A DNA stretch of 64,000 bases, from assembly GCA_002269645.1 (NCBI GenBank), contig NIVC01002212.1, forward strand, positions 1 through 64,000, in the 5' to 3' direction. This document shows, in pieces, positions 13,546 to 23,108 of the stretch. The notes under the pieces were generated by a model that was given only the letters and a program-made list of their open reading frames with translations, ran no database searches and was not told where the DNA came from. A program made the translations under genes and the position numbers. Numbering within the stretch: position 1 is the first letter of the stretch; each line of letters begins with the position of its first letter. This DNA comes from Macrostomum lignano. Its lineage: Eukaryota.

Positions 13546-14726
13546 CAAAAAAGTCTCGCATTAAACAACTATCAAAAGCCACCGCCGCCTGCCATGAAAG
13601 TGCCTACAATTGGTTCCACAGACATTGAATTTTTCCCTTGATTCTGCAAGCCTGCACGTACGAGAACAGCAACTGCTCTTTACTGGAAAACTGTTCATCT
13701 TCCTTGTGGGAGAGTATTCCGTTCACAACTTGAAGTGCGCCGCTTTCCTCTGTTACAATTAGACATTTTGTGTACATTTCGTACAGTACAGTCCTACTGA
13801 AGGCAAATATATTTTAACAGGCCGAAACACACAGGCACTTTATCACCTGGCCACTGCTACCGCGACCTCAAATGACCCGCGAACAGAACTGGTTTATTGC
13901 CTTTTACAGCCCACGTCACTTGGGCAGATAAGAGTAAATAAAGCCGGCAGCCTATCAGTGCAACATCTGGGTGGAACGCTGTGTATTTGCACTCACCGCT
14001 GCTAATACTATTACAGGCATTGCGGTAAGTAATAAATAATTAGTCTTCATTTAGTCAACTATTTTGCGGGCTAAAATTCTTAGCCAGCCTACTTGCAGTA
14101 GGCGGGACGCGACTAACGGGAGAAAAGTGTGCAAACGGTACAATAGCTGTACGAAATCATTGTGCGGCAGACAAGCAAAAAGGCAAATTGCGCGAGCCAA
14201 TTTGAACGATCAGCGCTGAGGGGTATAGGATCCGGGTGACTCACCCAGCCCGTCACTGCAACACACTGCCCTTGCCCCATGCCTGCACATGTGCCCGCCA
14301 TTGATGAAGTGGAGAGGCTGAGGGAGGGGCGAGGGGATGAAGCGGATGCGATGAGCGGTGCGGCATCAGCTGAGCGGTGCGGCGGCGGAGGCGGCTGCCG
14401 CAGAAATGGCAACTAGTGGAATGCAAGCGGGCTGTCAGAGGCTGTCAGATGCTGTCATATGCTGACAGGGTCTTTCACAGGTCACCCCAAGAGCTGTCGA
14501 GTCGACTGTCCGACACTCTGTTAAATGAGGAGAAGGTCGCGAGTTCGCGGCTTGTAAAAAATGTGATGGAAATCAGCATTAGTTGACTCTTAGATCCCAG
14601 TAAAGATACTTTAGCTTAAATATCTAAGAAACCGACTCAACTGAAATATATAGAGAGTAAATCTACAGATCTAGATCCAAGAAACAATTTACAAGTAAGT
14701 TGTCCTTACTGTGTGTGCATAAAAAA

Positions 14727-15050
14727 CAAAATCTACAGAATTCTGTATAGATCAATTGAACAAATCTACAGAATTCTGTATAGATCAATTGAACAAATCT
14801 ACAGAATGCTGTATAGATCAATTGAACAAATCTACAGAATTCTGTATAGATCTATAAACCAAATCTACAGAATTCTGTATGGATCTATAAACCAAATCTA
14901 CAGAATTCAGTGTAGATCAGTTAAACAAATCTACAGAATTCAGTGTAGATCAATTAAACAAATCTACAGAATTCTGTGTAGATCTATAAACCAAATCTAA
15001 AGAATTCTGTGTAGATCTATAAACCAAATCTACAGGATTCTGTAGATCTA
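14727..15050. repeat. 33-bp minisatellite built on the palindrome TCTACAGAATTCTGTAGA, about 10 copies
   Basis: Unit AAACAAATCTACAGAATTCTGTATAGATCAATT, immediately downstream of the RhoGEF stop codon. Confidence 0.92.
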
Positions 15051-15080
15051 GAGAAGACTAAATCCACAGCAACTTAGCTC

Positions 15081-18000
15081 TCACTTTCTTCGCGACAGGA
15101 ACATCTTCCGGAAGGTCTCCTTCACGGCGGTTCTCGGGGACGATTTTCGTCGCCTGCCGCCGCGCCCCGACAACGCCGTCGCAGGCGACGCTGCCCCCGT
15201 CGAAGAAGTCGCCACCGCGCCCGGCGCCGCTTGGTGCAGGGAGCCGCCCCCTATGGCCGAGCCGCCGCTGGCGATGACGTCACCGGCTGAGCGGCTCCGG
15301 TCGCCGGGTCGAAGCCGGCGGGCGGTCTCCGGGCTGATCTGCAGACCGGAGGGGGTTCGAGTCGGGAGCTGGTTGAGGGGTATCGCATTGCCATGGAAAC
15401 CAACTTGGAAAACAGCAACAATGTGCCTGCGTTTGGTTACCATAGCAATAAACTTGGAACTCAGCAACACTTCAAGGTCATTCAACCAATCTCTACATTT
15501 GGTTACCATGGCAACCCACCTCGAAGACGACCACTCTGCTCCGGCTGCCGCTGGCCTCTTCTGGCGGGACAGAGCGGCACCGCTGCTGCTCCGGCTGCTC
15601 AGCCTGCTGCCCGGCGACCCGCCGCTGCGACCGCTTGAGGTGCCTGGGCGAGTCCCAGGGGTGGTGGGCCAGCGCCTCCGGCTGTGTGGAACGCCGGCGC
15701 TGCCGCGAGGACTGCCCGGCGCCCAGCAGGAAATGCTGCTGCTGCTGCTGCCGGTCGCCAAAGGAGGCGGCGGCTTCCTCGTCCACGGCAGCAGCCGTCG
15801 CTGCCGACGAGTCCCCTGCTGGCCAAGCGGTGGCCTCAGCCAGGGCGCCCTGAATGCTGCAGTTGAGCTGGTCAAGGAGACCCCGCAGGCGGTCGGTGGC
15901 GCGGGTCAGGTGGCCGAGGTCCGGGTGGCGCGGGTCGGTGCGGTCGGCCAGCTGGCGCAGCAGCAGCAGGTAGCGGGGCAGCCGCTGCACAGGGGTGAGC
16001 AGGAAGGCCGTGAGTTCGAGTCCCTCACAGTCCGGATGCCGCTGGAGGCTCAGCAGGAGGTCGCGAAATTTGCGCGACCGGCGTCTCAGACGGCGAACGC
16101 AGCGCATGGCGGCGCCGAACTGGGCAACGTAGCTGCGGTACAGCTGCAGCAGCCGGCGCTCGTGCCGCTGCAGGAACTGCTGGACGGCCTGCGCCAGGCT
16201 GCACTGCGGCAGCGGCGGCTGGCGCTGCACTGAGCAGTCATCTGACTCCTCCAGGCTGCCGAGGAAGGCCGCGTGAATGTCGTAGAGGCGGGGCAGCGTG
16301 TTCGGGAAGATCAGGCTGCGGATGGGGCAGCGGGGGCGAAATGATGAGATGTTCTCAGCCATTACTGTGCTCATACAGCGATGGGTTCATTCTGTCACTC
16401 CGGACTCATCTCATTCTGTCACTCCGGAGTCAACTCATTCTGTCCCTCCGGTGTAATCTCATTTTGTCACTCCGGAGTAATCTCATTATGTCAATCCGGA
16501 CCCCTCATTCTGTCACTCCGGAGTCATCTCATTCTATCACTCCGGAGTAATCTCATTCTATCACTCCGGAGTAATCTCATTCTGTCACTCCGGAGTCACC
16601 TCATTCTGTCACTCCGGACTCATCTCATTCTGTCACTCCGGAGTCATCTCATTCTGTCACTCCGGAGTCATCTCATTCTGTCACTCCGGAGTCATCTCAT
16701 TCTGTCACTCTAGAGTCATCTCATTATGTCACTCCGGAGTCACCTCATTCTGTCACTCCGGACTCATCTCATTCTGTCTCTCCGGAGTCATCTCATTCTG
16801 TCACTCTAGAGTCATCTCATTATGTCACTCCGGAGTCATCTCATTCTGTCACTCCGGACTCATCTCATTCTGTCTCTCCGGAGTCATCTCATTCTGTCTC
16901 TCCGGAGTCATCTCATTCTGTCACTCCGGAGTCATCTCATTCTGTCACTCTAGAGTCATCTCATTATGTCACTCCGGAGTCATCTCATTCTGTCACTCTA
17001 GAGTCATCTCATTATGTCACTCCGGAGTAATCTCATTATGTTACTCCGGACTCATCTCATTCTGTCACTCCGGAGTCATCTCATTCTATCTCTCCGGAGT
17101 CATCTCATTCTGTCTCTCCGGAGTCATCTCATTATGTCACTCCGGAGTCATCTCATTATGTCACTCCGGAGTAATCTCATTATGTTACTCCGGACTAATC
17201 TCATTCTGTCAATCCGGAGTCATCTCATTCTATCTCTCCGGAGTCATCTCATTCTATCACTCCGGAGTAATCTCATTATGTTACTCTGGACACCTCATTC
17301 TGTCAATCTGGACTTATCTCATTCTGTCACTCCAGAGTCACCTCATTCTGTCACTCCGGAGTCACCTCATTCTGTCACTCCGGACTCATCTCATTCCGTC
17401 ACTCCGGAGTTATTTCCTTCTGTCACTCCGGAGTCATCTCATTCTGTCACTCCGGAGTCACCCCATTCCGTCACTCCGGACTCATCTCATTCTGTCACTC
17501 ACCAGAGATCCCGAGTGCTGATGAAGGCGGCGGCCCTCAGCGAACCGCCAATCAGGTCAATGAGAGTCCACAGACAGGAGCAGTACTTGCGCTCCGTCTC
17601 CACGATCTCTTCGCACACTTTGCGGCGCTGGTCTACGGAAGAGGAATTGGATTGAATTGGATTGGACTGGATTGGATTGGGTTGGATTGAGTTTGATTGG
17701 ATTGGATTGAGTTGGATTGGATTGGATTGGGTTGGGTTGGATTGGATTTGATTGGATTGGATTGGATTGGATTGGATTGGATTAGATTGGATTGGATTGG
17801 ATTGGATTGGATTGGATTGGATTGGATTGGATTAGATTGGATTGGATTGGATTGGATTGGATTGGATTGGACTCACTCTCAATGATTAGCCTCTCGTGCG
17901 GCGCAACGCGCCTCGCCAACTGATGCTGCTGTGTTCCCGAGTCCCAGCTGCGACACTGGTGAATCTCCGACTGCTGGTGCTGGTGCTGGTGCTGGTGCTG

Positions 18001-19169
18001 GTTCTGGTGCTGGTGCTGGTTCTGGTGCTGGTTCTGGTGCTGGTGCTGGTGCTGGTGCTGGTGCTGGTTCTGGTGCTGGTTCTGGTACTGGTGCTGGTGC
18101 TGGTGCTGGTCCTCGAGCTGGTCAGCGGCCCCAGCAACCGCAGCAGGACAGCCCTGTTCGCAGGCCCCATTGCTGACTGGCATCTGAAAGGGCAGAAGAA
18201 TCGCAGAAAAGCCTGACTGGCCGATCCATTTATTTTCGCAAGCCCAGCCGAAACCCCAGACTCCCGGGTCGTCAGTCACGCCTTTGGCCCAGCGACCATC
18301 TGCGGAAACCTTCATCGGTCCCTCTGAAAGTCCCTGCAGCCTCCTGTTTTCGTGCACTTTTTCAGCCCAGCTGGACGCCGCATCGGGCGCTGCAACTCCT
18401 CACGGCCGCACTGACGCCGCCGCACTAATTACTCCCGGGCCAGGACAGGTCGGGCGGCGGATCCTTGATGGGGAATTTCCAGTTCAAATTCAATTTTCCA
18501 CCTCGGATGTCAGCGCTGCTGTCTGTTTACCATTGAACAGAATCAGCGAGACTTGTGGAACCTGCCGTCTTCCATGGCGTTTGGAATATCTCATATTGGA
18601 CAGATTGGAAATGCAGGTTCGCATGTCCCTGTCCCGCAGATTTTTTATGGCTGGCCTAACCGGATCCTAATATAATGCTTGGAATTATCTCTGATAAATT
18701 CCTATTAGTTAATAAATTGACTTTCCTAATACCTCAATTTACATTTATTAAAACATCCGCGTGTAGTCCCTGATTCGCAGCACACAAATATTGATATCAA
18801 AAAGACATCCATAAAAACAAATCTAAAAAACTAAACTAATTGGAATCCCAGATTCAAACTAAGCATCCCAGATTCTAATCAGGAATCCCAGACCCCAATC
18901 AGGCATCTCAGATCCCAACCAGGCATCCCAGATCCCAATCAGGCATGCCAGATCCCAATCAGGCATCCCAGATCCCAATCAGGCATCCCAGATCCCAATC
19001 AGGCATCTCAGATCCCAGTCAGGCATCCCAAATCGCCACTGACCGCTGCCGTCTCCTCCGCCTCCTCCTCGCTGCTGCTGTCAACGTGAGCGAACTGCTC
19101 CGCCAGCGCCAGGCTGAGCGTCAGGCTGCGCCGCGCCGACTCGGCGCCATCCCCGGCGCCGGCGCTCAT
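15081..19169 (-). CDS. Dbl-homology (RhoGEF) protein with a Gln/His repeat and no recognisable PH domain
   Basis: Exons 19169-19044, 18183-17877, 17632-17503, 16315-15520 and 15338-15081, phase-consistent GT-AG. DH motifs: RRKVCEEIVETERKYCSCLWTL, LIFP..LYDIHAAFL and LELTAFLLTPVQRLPRYLLLLRQLADRTDPRHPD. The frame stays open upstream to an acceptor at 19256, so the N-terminus may be longer. Confidence 0.85.
15387..15515. promoter_or_regulatory. Cluster of three RFX X-box-like motifs in the last RhoGEF intron
   Basis: GTTACCATGGCAAC at 15502-15515 (consensus match), GTTACCATAGCAAT at 15436-15449 and ATTGCCATGGAAAC at 15387-15400. Confidence 0.5.
16385..17500. repeat. 24-bp intronic minisatellite, about 46 copies, with internal palindrome ACTCCGGAGT
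   Basis: Unit CTCATTCTGTCACTCCGGAGTCAT. It begins at the splice donor of RhoGEF exon 3. Confidence 0.95.
17645..17870. repeat. (ATTGG)n / (CCAAT)n pentanucleotide microsatellite filling RhoGEF intron 2
   Basis: About 45 copies between the GTGAGT donor and the acceptor pyrimidine tract. Confidence 0.97.
18845..19030. repeat. 20-bp minisatellite AGGCATCCCAGATCCCAATC, about 9 copies
   Basis: RhoGEF intron 1, next to the donor. It shares CAGATCCCAAT with the 55-bp satellite. Confidence 0.9.
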
Positions 19170-20452
19170 CGCCGCAGAGGCGGATCTGCCGCAGGCGGTC
19201 CGAAGTCGCGGCTCAGGCGGGTCGTTCGCAGCTGCCGAACTACAGCGGCCGGGAACTGGAAAAGATTTTCCAATGCAGACTGAACGAGAGACAGCGGCGC
19301 CCGGCTGCAGCTTGCGGCCCCATGTTTATAACCCCCGTGCTGTGGGAGCGGAGCGCCCCCGGTGGCTTAAAGTGCGCATTCATTGAGGAAAGGGATGGAT
19401 GGAGAGGAATAGGGACGGATGGGGCGGCCTGCCTGGGACCGTCCGCAACTTCCCGCCCGGTGAGGGGAGCCGATGGAGGCAGGAAAGGTGGAATGCCGCA
19501 GCTGGGAGGGGGATAATCAGCGATGGATGCTGAGGTCGGGGCCGGAATGCCGCAGCTGGGGAAGTAGGGCGGTGGCTTGAAAATTAGGAGCTAAAAATGC
19601 GACCAGTTCGGGGGCCAAGGAGCCACGGCATGCGCAGCAGATTACTGCTAGTAGGCATTTCGGTTGCTGAAGTTAATTTTACTCGTATTCGACAGGAAAT
19701 TTCAAGTCCTCCCAATCTCCCATTCTCTCCCTGCATCTCCGCTTCCGAGTCGGATCACGTGACTCACTTGAGCGCCGCCTACGCCAGTCAAAGCCGGCTC
19801 GGTTTATGAATGCCGGGCTTTGGGATTTCCTGCCCCAACTCCTCACTGCCCGCATGCAGCCTCGCGCCCACTTCGCCCCGGGATCCTCAAATGGGGATTA
19901 CGTAACCCACTCCGGGGCAAGGGGGGAAGTTGACGAGTGGAGGACCGGGGAGTGCACGGGGATTCTGGACTGATAAACAAGAGGAAGCAAGGAGAGGCCC
20001 AAGTTTATTCGCGCAGCCTCCGGACTGCCGCAGAGCCATTAGCATTGAATCAATCAAAACAGTCTGAGGAGCCCCTCTCTCCGGCTTTGTTGGCCCGAGT
20101 CTGCTTTGGGGGATTTCTGCGGAGATCTGGGGACTAATATCAATAATAATATATTCTCTTGCAATAATTTCCCCTTGGCTTTCGCAGTCAGTCAGTCTGG
20201 GATTTCACTACAAATTCCTCTGGAACTTCTTCCCTCCGACCCCCGGCAGTGAATGAGTGGCCTGTCGGGCCCTCAGCTGTTGCCGATTCTTGCAGATTGC
20301 GTCACTGCTAATAAGTCAGAGGCATTTGCTGCATGCAGTTCCTCCTGCTGTCTGCTGGCTTGCCTGCTGCCTGTGCTGCCCCTGTCTCCAGCAGTTTATG
20401 CAACTTTCCTGGCACAATCTTGGCGTTGAAATTGCCAATACTCGTATGAATG

Positions 20453-22113
20453 GGGATTTCTATCTGGGTTTAGCACACGGAATCAGGATGGGGAGCAGAT
20501 CCCAATGGGGATTTCTACCTGGGACTCACACACGGAATCAGGATAGGGAGCAGATCCCAATGGGGATTTCTACCTGGGACTCACACACGGAATCAGAATG
20601 GGGAGCAGATCCCAATGGGGATTTCTACCTGGGACTCACACACGGAATCAGAATGGGGAGCAGATCCCAATGGGGATTTCTACCTGGGACTCACACACGG
20701 AATCAGAATGGGGAGCAGATCCCAATGGGGATTTCTACCTGGGACTCACACACGGAATCAGAATGGGGAGCAGATCCCAATGGGGATTTCTACCTGGGAC
20801 TCACACACGGAATCAGGATAGGGAGCAGATCACAATGAGGATTTCTACCTGGGACTCACACACGGAATCAGGATAGGGAGCAGATCACAATGAGGATTTC
20901 TACCTGGGACTCACACACGGAATCAGGATAGGGAGCAGATCACAATGAGGATTTCTACCTGGGACTCACACACGGAATCAGGATAGGGAGCAGATCCCAA
21001 TGGGGATTTCTACCTGGGACTCACACACGGAATCAGGATGGGGAGCAGATCCCAATGGGGATTTCTACCTGGGACTCACACACGGAATCAGGATAGGGAG
21101 CAGATCCCAATGGGGATTTCTACCTGGGACTCACACACGGAATCAGGATAGGGAGCAGATCCCAATGGGGATTTATACCTGGGACTCACACACGAAATCA
21201 GGATAGGGAGCAGATCCCAATGGGGATTTCTACCTGGGACTCACACACGGAATCAGGATAGGGAGCAGATCCCAATGGGGATTTCTACCTGGGACTCACA
21301 CACGGAATCAGGATAGGGAGCAGATCCCAATGGGGATTTCTACCTGGGACTCACACACGGAATCAGAATGGGGAGCAGATCCCAATGGGGATTTCTACCT
21401 GGGACTCACACACGGAATCAGAATGGGGAGCAGATCCCAATGGGGATTTCTACCTGGGACTCACACACGGAATCAGAATGGGGAGCAGATCCCAATGGGG
21501 ATTTCTACCTGGGACTCACACACGGAATCAGAATGGGGAGCAGATCCCAATGGGGATTTTTACCTGGGACTCACACACGGAATCAGGATAGGGAGCAGAT
21601 CACAATGAGGATTTCTACCTGGGACTCACACACGGAATCAGGATAGGGAGCAGATCACAATGAGGATTTCTACCTGGGACTCACACACGGAATCAGGATA
21701 GGGAGCAGATCACAATGAGGATTTCTACCTGGGACTCACACACGGAATCAGGATAGGGAGCAGATCCCAATGGGGATTTCTACCTGGGACTCACACACGG
21801 AATCAGGATGGGGAACAGATCCCAATGGGGATTTCTACCTGGGACTCACACACGGAATCAGGATAGGGAGCAGATCCCAATGGGGATTTCTACCTGGGAC
21901 TCACACACGGAATCAGGATAGGGAGCAGATCCCAATGGGGATTTATACCTGGGACTCACACACGAAATCAGGATAGGGAGCAGATCCCAATGGGGATTTC
22001 TACCTGGGACTCACACACTGAATCAGGATAGGGAGCAGATCCCAATGGGGATTTCTACCTGGGACTCACACACGGAATCAGGATAGGGAGCAGATCCCAA
22101 TGGGGATTTCTAC
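20453..22113. repeat. 55-bp satellite, about 30 copies, with a 14-mer (770-bp) higher-order duplication
   Basis: Unit GGGAGCAGATCCCAATGGGGATTTCTACCTGGGACTCACACACGGAATCAGGATA. Variant patterns recur at +770 (20598/21368, 21000/21770). Confidence 0.95.
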
Positions 22114-22597
22114 CAGGAATTGAACGGTTCGCGCAGTGGCCTTGCAAAGCAGGGCGCAATGCAAATTCGAAGCCATAAAAGCAGACTGAGCGGCAGCCGA
22201 GTGCAACAGAATTAGTTCGAACTCCCAAGAAGCAAGCAAGCAGTTCCCAATCTTATTGGAACGGCCTGCGCACATCTGGAAGTTGTTGCCGCGATTTTCC
22301 TGCTTTTGCTAGGCAAATTCTCTCTTCTAGAAGAGAGAAACTCCAACAGCAGCGGGCCATCAATTTGCATTTGCGCAACGGGTGGCTCTCCAGCCAGATC
22401 CCATGGGATCTCTGGACCAACAGGGTTTCCGCCAGATTGGGAGGAAACCTCCGCACTTTTAATGGCATTTTTTCGAACTCGGGTCAGCTTTTGGGGAAAT
22501 TTTTCTCTTGAGCAAGAAAACTTCCTCGTGTATTTAAACTGAATTTTTTATGGGGTTCCAGGCTTGAGCACTATTCTCCTGCCCCCAAAATTTGAAC

Positions 22598-22720
22598 CCG
22601 TGACACCTGAGTTCACAATCCCCTGTGTTCACAATCCCCTGTGTTCACAATCCCCTGTGTTCACAATCCCCTGTGTTCACAATCCCCTGTGTTCACAATC
22701 TCCCATGTTTACAATCACTC
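22598..22720. repeat. 16-bp minisatellite TGTTCACAATCCCCTG, about 7 copies
   Basis: Direct tandem array that degenerates to the right. Confidence 0.9.
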
Positions 22721-23108
22721 ATGCTCACAATCCTTTGTTTAAAGTCCCCTAGATTGATAATCTCCTGTGTTCACGTCCCAAAAAATTCAGAACTCAGAGT
22801 GTTTATTATTCCACATTTTTCTGAAATCTCGAAACTTCTCAACCCCAAAAGAAACTTACCAGAGGTTTTCACTCCATCTGCAGCGCGGATTACAGTTGGT
22901 GAAAATGCCTCTTTGCGGTGGGAGGGCTCCAGCTCATGGTGGCTTGTGCTGAAAGTTGAAGACAGGGATTTCGGTACTTGCAGCACAGTCTGGACAGCCC
23001 AGACCTCGGACTTTCCCAGATCCTAACTTTTATAATTACAAATTGCATTTCATTCCCCCAAATGGTAAAACGGTAAAAGTAACAAAAATCTGAATTCCTA
23101 AAGTTGAG

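Noticed and set aside
22890-23022. GLSRLCCKY..C resembling an insulin/relaxin A-chain
   Set aside because: The acceptor lacks a pyrimidine tract, the final Cys is missing, and there is no B-chain.
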